Positions 53,244 through 61,764 of a stretch of 64,000 nucleotides of DNA are shown in pieces (within the stretch, counting starts at the first letter, position 1; each line of letters opens with the position of its first letter). The translations under genes and the position numbers were made by a program. The DNA comes from Phycisphaerales bacterium (GTDB lineage: Bacteria; Planctomycetota; Phycisphaerae; Phycisphaerales; SM1A02): contig CBDDFV010000001.1 in NCBI GenBank assembly GCA_965227335.1, positions 771,627 to 835,626 on the forward strand. The letters are read 5' to 3'. A model generated the notes under the pieces. That model saw only the letters and a list, made by a program, of their open reading frames with translations. It made no database searches and had not been told where the DNA came from.

Positions 53244-53469
53244 GCCGTCCGCCTACCATTTCCCTGATCCTCGGTGCGGGTCCCGCGGCTGGTGTCGGCC
53301 GCGGTTCTCGGACCCGCCTGCGAATGCCGTCCGCCGCGGCGTATCCTCCCGACTTCATGGTCGATTGATGCGCCGGTCGTGGTAGGCTGAGCGAGGAGCA
53401 CGACATCGCGTGTGTGGTCGGGACGGCGACGTCCGCGCGACCGCGCCGTCGACCGCAGGAGAACGAAAG

Positions 53470-55074
53470 ATGCTGGATTTCACACGTCAATTCCGCCGGC
53501 TCGCCACGCTCGGCGGTCTGTCGCTGGCGTTCGGGGCGGGCGCCGCGGCGCTGGCCGGCGACAACCCGGACCTTGAGGCGATCGGCTACTACGACCTCGT
53601 CGAGCGTCTCGGCGAAGGGAACGTCCCGACCGGGGCCGGCGTGATCGTCGGACAGGTCGAGGCCAACGAAGGCGCCAATTACGGACCCAACCAGGGGGCG
53701 GGCGATTTCGCGGGCAAGACGTTCATCGCCGAGAGCGGCGCGCCGGGGACGTCCGGTCACGCGACGACAGTCGCGAAGAACTTCTACGGTCTGTTCGACT
53801 CCGCCGCGCCGGATGTCGACACGATCCACCTCTGGTCCGCCGTGGGCTGGATCTTCAGCTTCCTCGGCGCGACGAACGGGGCCGAGACCTTCCCGCCGGA
53901 CCAGCCGCCGGCGGGTCTGCGCATCTTCAACGGCAGCTGGATCGGCGACCTCGACTCCGCCCCGTTCAACAACAGCGCGCTTCGACGCGCGGACCGGGTC
54001 GTGGAGCTGTCCGACGTCCTGATCATCAACGGCGTGAACAACGCCGCGGGCGCGGGGGACAACCTGCCGCTCATGAGCCACATCTACAACGGCCTGGCCG
54101 TCGGCAAGATGAACGGCGCCCACCAGGCCAACGCCACCGGGAACGGCGTCGACGGGCCCGGCCGACAGAAGCCGGAGATCGTCGCCCCCGGCGCCGCCAC
54201 CAGCTGGGCCACGCCCATCGTCAGCGCCGTGGGCGCGGTGCTGTACGAAACGGCCGAGACCGACCCCGCCCTCGTGGGCAACGACAACGCCGATCGCTCC
54301 GCCGTCATCCGCGCCATCCTCATGGCGTCGGCGGTGCACCGCGACGGCTGGACGAACAACCCGATCAGCAGCGGCTCGGGGCGCGGCGTCACCACCACTC
54401 CGCTCGACGATGTCTACGGCGCCGACCTCGTCAACATCGACCGCGCTCACCTCACCCACACCGCGGGCGAGCAGGACGGCGCGACCGATCCCGCGTCCGC
54501 TCCGACCATCGACGAGGCGGGCTGGGACTTCGAATCGCTCGGCTACGGCGAAAGCCGCTTCTACGCGTTCGAGATCACCGAACCGACCGACGACTTCTCC
54601 GTCGTCGCGACGTGGAACCGACGCATCCGTCTCAGCCAGGGTCTCGTCACCGTCGGCGATTTCGATCTGTATCTCTGGGAAGTCGACGGCGACGGCGAAC
54701 TCGTGTCGCTCGTCGGCGACGGCGGGCTCGACAACTTCGACGAGGGCGCCGTCGTCTCCATCAGCCCGATCAACAACATCGAACATCTGTACGTCAACGG
54801 CCTGCAGCCCGGGTCGTACATGATCGAACTGCGGCGCATCGATGAGACGTCGATCTATCCGACCTTCGACGCCGGTCTCGCGTGGATCTTCCCGGAGCAG
54901 CCTGACGCGGGCGATCCCGCGGACCTCAACGGCGACGGCGGCGTCGGCGCCGCGGACCTCGCGATCCTGCTCGGCTCGTGGGGCCCGTGCGAAGGCTGCC
55001 CGGCCGATCTCGACGGCGACGGCGTGGTCGGGGCGGGCGACCTCGCGATCCTGCTCGGCGCGTGGACCGGCTGA
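53470..55074 (+). CDS. subtilisin-like (S8-like) serine peptidase with C-terminal twin dockerin-like module
   Basis: AGGAG SD. Signal-like N-terminus. His motif TSGHATTVA and Ser motif GAATSWATPIVSAVG. Ends in DLNGDGGVGAADLAILLGSWGPCEGCPADLDGDGVVGAGDLAILLGAWTG. Confidence 0.7.
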   Translation: MLDFTRQFRRLATLGGLSLAFGAGAAALAGDNPDLEAIGYYDLVERLGEGNVPTGAGVIVGQVEANEGANYGPNQGAGDFAGKTFIAESGAPGTSGHATTVAKNFYGLFDSAAPDVDTIHLWSAVGWIFSFLGATNGAETFPPDQPPAGLRIFNGSWIGDLDSAPFNNSALRRADRVVELSDVLIINGVNNAAGAGDNLPLMSHIYNGLAVGKMNGAHQANATGNGVDGPGRQKPEIVAPGAATSWATPIVSAVGAVLYETAETDPALVGNDNADRSAVIRAILMASAVHRDGWTNNPISSGSGRGVTTTPLDDVYGADLVNIDRAHLTHTAGEQDGATDPASAPTIDEAGWDFESLGYGESRFYAFEITEPTDDFSVVATWNRRIRLSQGLVTVGDFDLYLWEVDGDGELVSLVGDGGLDNFDEGAVVSISPINNIEHLYVNGLQPGSYMIELRRIDETSIYPTFDAGLAWIFPEQPDAGDPADLNGDGGVGAADLAILLGSWGPCEGCPADLDGDGVVGAGDLAILLGAWTG

Positions 55075-55107
55075 ACCCGCGACGCCTCCGACATCCAGGT
55101 TGAAGCA

Positions 55108-55140
55108 ACAACGCCCGGCGCCAGCGACGCCGGGCGTTGT
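55108..55140 (+). terminator. terminator-like hairpin after the S8-like peptidase gene
   Basis: Perfect 13-bp stem ACAACGCCCGGCG / CGCCGGGCGTTGT with a 7-nt loop. Poor T-tail. Confidence 0.6.
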
Positions 55141-55377
55141 GCATGGGGGAACCGGGGAATGCGAGAGAGCGGGTGGGGGGCGTGGTCGGGCCGGGCGACC
55201 GGGCGGGGCGGATGGCGGCGCCGCCGCGTCAGATCACATGTTTTTCCTCACCCTGGCGGTTGAATCGGGCCGAGGTCTGGGCGGTACCATCAGGGAACGG
55301 GTGATCGCCGCGCGGTCCCGGGACGGTTCTTTCATCGTCCACGCGTGGCGTCGAGCCCGGCAGGAGTGATCATCCCC

Positions 55378-58320
55378 ATGACGATTTCCCGCATGTGCAG
55401 CATTCTCGGCGCCGTGACGCTGCTCGGCGCCGCGACCGGCTGGGCGGCCCCGCCCGCTGAGGCGTCTCCCGACGACGCCGTCAACCCCGAAGCCGCCCCC
55501 GTGGACGTGGCCGAGATGGCCCGTCGGATGGCCCAGCGTGGCGGCGGCGGCGACGGCAAGGCCGGCGACTTCCCGAAGTGGGAGGACGTCTCGAAGGACT
55601 ACAAGAAGGTCATCTCGACCGCCGGCGACGAGAAGCCCCTGTACACGCTCTATCAGCGTGACAAGGACCAGCAGCTCCTCGCCGAACTGCCCCGCAACTT
55701 CGGGAAGCAGAAGCTCTTCATCGCCTACACGGTGGCCGGCGGCATTCCGACCGCGGGCGTGCAGGTCGGCGATCTCTACGCCTACTGGAAGCGCTACGAC
55801 GACCGCCTCGCGCTCATCCAGCCGAACTACGCCGTCCGGACGTCCGGCGATCTCGAATCGCAGAAGGGGCGCGACCGGGTCTTCACCGACCGCGTCGTTC
55901 TCGACGTGCCGATCGTGACGATGGGCCCGGGCGGCGGTCCGGTGATTGATCTCGACGCGCTGCTCGTGAGCGGCGCATCGAACTTCTTCGGCGCCCGCGG
56001 CCGGGGCATCCGCACGCAGCTCGCCGAGATCGTCAAGGCGAAGTCGTTCCCCGAGAACGTCGAAGTCTCGGTCAAGGCGCCGGTCGCGAACGGTCAGTTC
56101 TCGACCTTCTCCTACTCGATGCGGCTGCTGCCGGAGAAGACCGGCTACACGCCGCGCGACGCCGACCCGCGGGTCGGCTACTTCGCCACCGCGTACCGCG
56201 ACATCGGCGAGCCGGGGGCGGACACGCCGTGGCGCCGGCTCATCAACCGCTGGCACCTCGTGAAGGCGGACCCCAAGCTGAAGGTCAGCCCGCCCAAGGA
56301 GCCGATCGTCTTCTACCTCGAGCACACGATTCCCGTCCGCTACCGCCGCTGGGTGCGCGACGGCCTGCTCGAATGGAACAAGGCGTTCGAGAAGGTCGGC
56401 TTCGCGAACGCGATCGAGGTCTACCAGCAGGACGCCCGCACCGGCGCTCACATGGACAAGGACCCGGAGGACGCCCGCTACAACTTCATTCTCTGGACCA
56501 ACGCGGGCATGGGCTTCGCGATCGGCCCGAGCCGCGTCGATCCCCGCACCGGTCAGATCCTCGACGCCGACATCGTCATGGATGAAGGCTTCATCACCGG
56601 CTGGTCGAAGACGTGGGAGGACATCATCCCGCAGACCGCGGTCGAAGGCATGGCCCCCGCGACCCTCGAGTGGCTCGCGAAGCGTCCGGCGTGGGATCCC
56701 CGCGTCCGCCTCGCCCCGCTCAGCCGGCGCGACAGCGTCATCCGTCAGCTGCAGGTGCAGCCGTGCATGCACTCCGCGTGCCAGCATCTCATGCCTGCGT
56801 CCCACGCCGCGTCGGCCGCGCAGGGTTCGAACCTCATGGGCGGCGCGATGGAAGGCCTCGCGGGCCGCATCAGCCAGGTCAACGGCGGCTGCATGAACGC
56901 GAGCTTCAAGTCCGAAGCCCTCGCCATCTTCCGCACGTTCCCCGAACTGCTCAGCGCTCGCGGCGACGACGGCGACGGCGACGGCGACGGCCAGGTCCTC
57001 GACGGCGCGCCGGAGGAGTTCATCGGCCCGCTGCTCCGTGATGTCATCATGCACGAGGTCGGCCACACGCTCGGCCTGCGTCACAACTTCAAGGCGTCCG
57101 CCCTCTACTCCATGGAGGAGCTGAACTCCGAAGATCGCGACCAGCTCGCCATCACCGCGTCGGTCATGGACTACACCCCGATCAACATCAACGTCGAGGA
57201 CGGCCCCGAGCAGGGGAACTACTCGATGATGTCGATCGGTCCCTACGACTACTGGGCGATCGAGTACGGCTACGGCGACGACAAGTCCGTCAAGGATGTC
57301 CTCGCCCGCTGCACCGAACCCGCCCACGACTACGCGACCGACGAGGACACCTTCGGTCCCGATCCGCTCGCCCGCCGGTTCGACCTCGGCACGGATCCGC
57401 TCGACTACGCCGAATCGCAGATGCGTCTCGTCAGCCAGCTCCGCGAAACGATCCTCGACCGGGCGGTCGATGACGGCGAATCGTGGGCGAAGGCGCGGCA
57501 GGCGTACGAGCGACTGCTCGGCCTCCACTTCCGCGCCGTCGGCATCTGCACCAACTGGGTCGGCGGCTCCACCGTGAACCGCGACCACAAGGGCGATCCC
57601 AACGGTCGCGACCCCATCGAGTCGATCGATCCCGATCAGCAGCGCCGCGCCCTCCAGTTCACCATCGACAACCTCTTCTACGACGACGCGTTCGGCCTCA
57701 CGCCGGAACTGCTTGCGAAGATGACGGTCGACAAGTGGTGGGACGACGGCGGCTTCATGCAGATCATGGAGGATCCGACGTGGCCCGTGCACGAACGCAT
57801 CCTCGGCCTCCAGGCGTCGGCGATGTCGATGATCCTCAACCCGACCACGCTCAACCGGCTCTACGACATCGAGTTCCGCACCCCGGCCGATCAGGACGCC
57901 CTGACCCTGCCGGAGCTGCTCTCGACCATCGAGAACGCCGTGTGGTCGGAACTCGATGACTCCATGCAGGCGAACTACTCCGCCCGCCAGCCGATGATCT
58001 CGTCGCTGCGTCGCAACCTGCAACGTGAACACGTGCAGCGGCTCATCGACCTCACCCTGCCCGACGCCAACCTCGGCGCCGCGCAGAAGCCGGTCGCCAA
58101 CCTGTGCACGATGACGCTCCGCGATCTCGAAGCCCGCATCGACGGGCTGCTGGAACGTCGCAACGGGAAGATCGACGCGTACTCCCGCGCGCACCTGAGC
58201 GAACTGCAGCTGCGGATCGCGAAGGCGCTCGATGCGGATTACATCTACAACGTGGACGACATCGCGCCCGCGCCGTCGCTCCCGTCGATCTTCTTCGGCG
58301 AACCCGTCGACCGACGCTGA
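55378..58320 (+). CDS. secreted zinc metalloprotease (metzincin signature)
   Basis: Signal peptide MTISRMCSILGAVTLLGAATGWAAP. HEVGHTLGLRH = HExxHxxGxxH. AGGAG SD 11 nt upstream of ATG 55378. Confidence 0.8.
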   Translation: MTISRMCSILGAVTLLGAATGWAAPPAEASPDDAVNPEAAPVDVAEMARRMAQRGGGGDGKAGDFPKWEDVSKDYKKVISTAGDEKPLYTLYQRDKDQQLLAELPRNFGKQKLFIAYTVAGGIPTAGVQVGDLYAYWKRYDDRLALIQPNYAVRTSGDLESQKGRDRVFTDRVVLDVPIVTMGPGGGPVIDLDALLVSGASNFFGARGRGIRTQLAEIVKAKSFPENVEVSVKAPVANGQFSTFSYSMRLLPEKTGYTPRDADPRVGYFATAYRDIGEPGADTPWRRLINRWHLVKADPKLKVSPPKEPIVFYLEHTIPVRYRRWVRDGLLEWNKAFEKVGFANAIEVYQQDARTGAHMDKDPEDARYNFILWTNAGMGFAIGPSRVDPRTGQILDADIVMDEGFITGWSKTWEDIIPQTAVEGMAPATLEWLAKRPAWDPRVRLAPLSRRDSVIRQLQVQPCMHSACQHLMPASHAASAAQGSNLMGGAMEGLAGRISQVNGGCMNASFKSEALAIFRTFPELLSARGDDGDGDGDGQVLDGAPEEFIGPLLRDVIMHEVGHTLGLRHNFKASALYSMEELNSEDRDQLAITASVMDYTPININVEDGPEQGNYSMMSIGPYDYWAIEYGYGDDKSVKDVLARCTEPAHDYATDEDTFGPDPLARRFDLGTDPLDYAESQMRLVSQLRETILDRAVDDGESWAKARQAYERLLGLHFRAVGICTNWVGGSTVNRDHKGDPNGRDPIESIDPDQQRRALQFTIDNLFYDDAFGLTPELLAKMTVDKWWDDGGFMQIMEDPTWPVHERILGLQASAMSMILNPTTLNRLYDIEFRTPADQDALTLPELLSTIENAVWSELDDSMQANYSARQPMISSLRRNLQREHVQRLIDLTLPDANLGAAQKPVANLCTMTLRDLEARIDGLLERRNGKIDAYSRAHLSELQLRIAKALDADYIYNVDDIAPAPSLPSIFFGEPVDRR
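56962..56991 (+). repeat. in-frame hexanucleotide microsatellite (GGCGAC)n
   Basis: GGCGAC GAC GGCGAC GGCGAC GGCGAC GGC, encoding GDDGDGDGDG inside the metalloprotease. Confidence 0.8.
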
Positions 58321-58348
58321 GTCCGGCCGACCCCCGCGGATCCGATCC

Positions 58349-58388
58349 GGGCCGTCGTCTCCCCGTGAGACGGCGGCCCGTTTTCGTT
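58349..58388 (+). terminator. rho-independent terminator between convergent genes
   Basis: GGGCCGTCGTCTC / GAGACGGCGGCCC (13 bp, one G-U), loop CCCGT, then GTTTTCGTT. Confidence 0.75.
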
Positions 58389-59290
58389 CACGCCCGCGTG
58401 GTCGCGCGTCGTGTGTCCGTGGTCGGCGGGTCGAGTCCATCGCACAGCCAGAGCAGGGCCAGCCCGCTCCGCAGGCGGGGCGGCAGCAGGAGCCGCAGCA
58501 CGAGCCGGGCGAGGGGACGACCGATCAGCATCCCGAGGTAGAGCCACGTCATCTGGGCGACGAACTCGACCACCAACAGATGCGACGCCCAGACCCCCCG
58601 CAGGTGCCACACACTCGTGGGCGACTGCGTTCGGGCCGCCCAGTCGACGAACGCAAAGCTCGAGAACGCCGCCGCGATCGCCGCGATGATCGCGACCGAC
58701 GCCAGCAGCCCCCGCCACTTCCGATGGAACAGCACCGTCCCGAGCACGAGCCCGCTGACGAGCATCAGGAACCACGACACGCCCATGAAGAAGAAGTCCT
58801 CGGGATCCGCCACCCGCCACCATGCGGGCGATTCCGCCCGCAACTGAGCCGGGTTCGTGGTCTGCCACCACGCCTGAAACGCCTGCCCGCCGCTCAGGTC
58901 CGGCGCGTTCGTTTCGATCCACGCCTCGATCCGATTACTGACGTCGTCCTGGTAGTTCCGGGAAACCTGTTCAGTGAAGGCGATGTTGAAGCCGGTGGTG
59001 ACGCCCGCGGTCCCCGTGAAGAGCGCGATCACGACCGCGAACCAGAACGCCGCCGCGAGCATGCCGATCCGTCCCGCCCATTTGCCGAGCAGGGGGTACT
59101 CCTGCGTCGCCGCCACCGCGCCGCACTCGGGACAGCGGACCACGAAGAGGCCGTAGTGCGGCTCCCGGCGAATCGTCTGGCCGATCAGGTTGTAGTTGCA
59201 CTCGATGCAGAGGCGGTCGCCCTGGAGCAGGCCGCGCGGCGAATCGTCGTGTTGATCCGCCGTCGGCGACGGCGACGTGGTGTCGGTCAT
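58388..59290 (-). CDS. zinc-ribbon (CxxC...CPECG) polytopic membrane protein, paralog 2
   Basis: 300 aa from ATG 59290 (ATGA overlap with the upstream paralog, GGAG 10 nt upstream). CIECNYNLIGQTIRREPHYGLFVVRCPECG followed by about 5 hydrophobic helices. Confidence 0.65.
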   Translation of the reverse strand: MTDTTSPSPTADQHDDSPRGLLQGDRLCIECNYNLIGQTIRREPHYGLFVVRCPECGAVAATQEYPLLGKWAGRIGMLAAAFWFAVVIALFTGTAGVTTGFNIAFTEQVSRNYQDDVSNRIEAWIETNAPDLSGGQAFQAWWQTTNPAQLRAESPAWWRVADPEDFFFMGVSWFLMLVSGLVLGTVLFHRKWRGLLASVAIIAAIAAAFSSFAFVDWAARTQSPTSVWHLRGVWASHLLVVEFVAQMTWLYLGMLIGRPLARLVLRLLLPPRLRSGLALLWLCDGLDPPTTDTRRATTRA

Positions 59291-59985
59291 TCGGAGGTCT
59301 CCAGACGATGCGCAATGCGCACGCTGACGGGAAGATGCGAGGCGCGCACGCGTCGGATGAAACGCAGCCGCAACCGCCGCGCAATCCAGCCCTGCACGAT
59401 CTGCCCCAGCCACCCGAGCGGGACGCCGAGCAGCATGACGGGCAGCGTGAGGGCGAGGGAGAAGAGTGATTTGCCGAGCCACTCCGCCGCGCGTCCGGGC
59501 CGGAACGCCCCGCCGTAGCGGGTCATCTCGATCTCGGCGATCAGCCACGCGAGTCCGAGCCCGATGATGACGAGTCCGAACCACGCGGTCCACGGGGCCC
59601 ACCGGCGCCGCCAGTGGGGGAACGCCGCGCTCAGCCACGCCCCCGCGATGAACGGCGCGATCAGGTATCCGATGGTCGCGAGCACATACTCCGGTCCTTC
59701 GAGGCGGAAGCCGTTGCGGCTGATGAAGCGGACGATCGCGGCGTGGAACGTCGAGGTGAACGCCACGGACGCGATCAGCATGAAGAGCTGGAGTTCGAGC
59801 ACCTGTGAGGAATGAAGAAAGCGGATCGCCTGGCGACGCATCTCGACGAGCGGATGGGTCCGACGCACCGCCGCCCGCCCGCACCGCGGACAGGTCACCA
59901 GCGGCAGTCCGTAGCGCGGCTCCCGCTTCGGGCGATGGGGGGCCAGGTCGTAGCCGCAGGATTGACAGAGATGGGACAGCCGCAT
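59287..59985 (-). CDS. zinc-ribbon (CxxC...CPRCG) polytopic membrane protein, paralog 1
   Basis: 232 aa from ATG 59985 (AGGAG 4 nt upstream). CQSCGYDLAPHRPKREPRYGLPLVTCPRCG followed by about 5 hydrophobic helices. Confidence 0.65.
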   Translation of the reverse strand: MRLSHLCQSCGYDLAPHRPKREPRYGLPLVTCPRCGRAAVRRTHPLVEMRRQAIRFLHSSQVLELQLFMLIASVAFTSTFHAAIVRFISRNGFRLEGPEYVLATIGYLIAPFIAGAWLSAAFPHWRRRWAPWTAWFGLVIIGLGLAWLIAEIEMTRYGGAFRPGRAAEWLGKSLFSLALTLPVMLLGVPLGWLGQIVQGWIARRLRLRFIRRVRASHLPVSVRIAHRLETSE

Positions 59986-60201
59986 GCGGCTCCTGACGTA
60001 AGCTCGTCGCGCCGTGGCGGCCGGCCGGCCGCACCCTCGCGTGTGGACCATTGTCGCGAAGGACGCGTGATCCGCTACTCGACTGGTACGGAAGGGGGCG
60101 CGGCGTCTTTCAGCCCGGCGACACCTTGTCCGACGCCGCTGCCCGAACGATACTGACGGCGGTCCGGAACGGCACGATCACACAGCATTCGGGGTTCGTC
60201 C

Positions 60202-61725
60202 ATGATTACGGTTCTGTTGGCCGTCACGGGAGTCATCGCCCCGGTGATGCTCATCGCCGGCTGGCGGGGCCGGCGGGTCGGGGATGAGCCGCGCTGCCGA
60301 CGCTGCCGCTACGACCTCTCCGGCCGGTCCGATCCCGACCGCTGCCCCGAGTGCGGGGCGAATCTCACGGAGCCCCGCGCCGTCGTCGTCGGCCTCCGGC
60401 GCCGACGTCCGGCGGTCATATCGATCGGCCTCCTCCTCCTCCTGGCGGGCGGCTCGACGATCGGCGTCCGGTCATACGTCGCCAGCCGGAACCTCGACTG
60501 GCGATCGTTCGCGCCGGTCAGCGTGCTCGTCTTCATCGGGGAGTGGGGCGATGCGGCCGCCGCGGCGGAACTGATGAATCGGACCTCCGTCAACACCGCC
60601 GGACCGTTCGGCGAACTCTCCGACACGCAGGGCGATCGTGTGATTCAGATGCTGCTCCGCGTGCAGGGCGACGCGAGCGTGGCGTGGACGCGAGAGTGGC
60701 AGGAACTCGCCGGCGTGTTGTTGCCGATTGATGCGTGGGATCCGGCGGACCTGCGTCGGTTCTACGAACAGGGGGTTTCGATCGTCATTCAGACGCCGCC
60801 TCGCGTCCATGCGGACTCCGAGTTCACCGAATGGAGACGTCGCGCTGGAGGGCGCTCGTGGTCGCCGCGGCCCGGCGGGTCCCGAACCGATGGCCCGTTG
60901 CTCGTCGAGGTCGAGCGGACGGACGTGCAGGTCGACGGAAGAGAAATCCGGTCGTGGAGTTCGTCCACCGCTTCTTTCCCGGAGGCCGGCCAATCCAGCG
61001 GGAGCGGTACGCGGTATCGCGCAGCGCAACTGGTTCCCGACGGCGGTCCGGGCGTCCGGACGGTGACCGTCACCCGACGGGTTCGTGTTGGCGTTGCGAA
61101 CGCCGACGGCTGGGGACTCGCGGATCCGCCCCGTGCGGAGTGGACGCGCGAGGATGTCTTCGTGATGGAGATCGTCCCGAACGACGTCGAGTTGGTCACG
61201 GCGGTCCCGGCCGCGGCCTGTCCGAAGCTCCTGGACACGTTGCGGGTCGGTCCCGTGCGATTCCAGGGCGGCGAGCCGCTGGTTCCCCGTGGTTCGGTCA
61301 TGATCGACAACGTCGGCATCGAGGCCGGACTTGCGGTCACCGTGAGCGTGCGTTTCGCGGGTCAGACATCCGTCGTCAACGAGAGTCTCGCGCTCTGGAT
61401 CGATCCGGGGTCGATCGCAGACGCCCACTCCTGGGGCGTCACCAACAGCGGAAGGTTCTTTTCCGACGACCCCGACGCGGCGGCGTTCGCCCGCACGCTG
61501 CTCGAGCACGCCGAAGCGGGGGGAACGGTCGATCTCATCCTGACGCCGAATCCTGACGCCGCGCTCCTCGAGCCCGGTATGACTCAGATGGTCGGCGACA
61601 CCCTCATCTTTCGCGGCGTTCCCGTTCTGCCCCCGCCGCTCCCCGGCGAATCATCGCCGTACGTCCCCGACGAAGATCGGATCCGGGCCGAGGTCCTGGA
61701 GGACGAGGACGCCCCCGCGCCCTGA
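60202..61725 (+). CDS. zinc-ribbon (CxxC...CPECG) membrane protein with a large extracytoplasmic domain
   Basis: 507 aa. TM1 (ITVLLAVTGVIAPVMLIAGW), CRRCRYDLSGRSDPDRCPECG, TM2 (VISIGLLLLLAGGSTIG), then about 400 aa with no recognised motif. Confidence 0.6.
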   Translation: MITVLLAVTGVIAPVMLIAGWRGRRVGDEPRCRRCRYDLSGRSDPDRCPECGANLTEPRAVVVGLRRRRPAVISIGLLLLLAGGSTIGVRSYVASRNLDWRSFAPVSVLVFIGEWGDAAAAAELMNRTSVNTAGPFGELSDTQGDRVIQMLLRVQGDASVAWTREWQELAGVLLPIDAWDPADLRRFYEQGVSIVIQTPPRVHADSEFTEWRRRAGGRSWSPRPGGSRTDGPLLVEVERTDVQVDGREIRSWSSSTASFPEAGQSSGSGTRYRAAQLVPDGGPGVRTVTVTRRVRVGVANADGWGLADPPRAEWTREDVFVMEIVPNDVELVTAVPAAACPKLLDTLRVGPVRFQGGEPLVPRGSVMIDNVGIEAGLAVTVSVRFAGQTSVVNESLALWIDPGSIADAHSWGVTNSGRFFSDDPDAAAFARTLLEHAEAGGTVDLILTPNPDAALLEPGMTQMVGDTLIFRGVPVLPPPLPGESSPYVPDEDRIRAEVLEDEDAPAP

Positions 61726-61749
61726 TCACGCTTCGGCCGCTCGCTGCGG

Positions 61750-61755
61750 TACACT
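61750..61755 (+). promoter_or_regulatory. -10-like box TACACT, 9 nt upstream of ABC permease ATG
   Basis: GCGGTACACT-ctccccgcc-ATG. Shares the 10-mer GCGGTACACT with 52520-52529. Confidence 0.35.
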
Positions 61756-61764
61756 CTCCCCGCC

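Noticed and set aside
53342-53368. TATCCT box followed 9 nt later by a three-codon mini-ORF (ATG GTC GAT TGA), which might be a leader peptide upstream of the S8-like peptidase gene.
   Set aside because: Too short to evaluate, with no attenuator-like alternative structures seen around it. It may be coincidental.
55165-55215. G-run-rich tract (GGGTGGGGGGCGTGGTCGGGCCGGGCGACCGGGCGGGGCGG) that could form a G-quadruplex between the two protease genes.
   Set aside because: G-runs of this kind are expected by chance in a genome this GC-rich. There is no repeat regularity or positional argument.
55234-58440. 1068-aa ORF antisense to the metalloprotease gene. Similar very long antisense or out-of-frame ORFs occur at 10646-13354 (-), 4990-7788 (+), 22383-24608 (+), 61726-63390 (-), 1822-3402 (-), 31904-34021 (-), 13946-16057 (+), 15813-17276 (-), 42704-44176 (-) and 47890-49560 (+).
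   Set aside because: Their composition is dominated by Arg/Gly/Asp/Glu/His/Pro/Ala runs with no recognisable motifs. Stop codons are rare in off-frames of about two-thirds GC DNA. In every case the opposite strand or another frame encodes a protein with clear family signatures.
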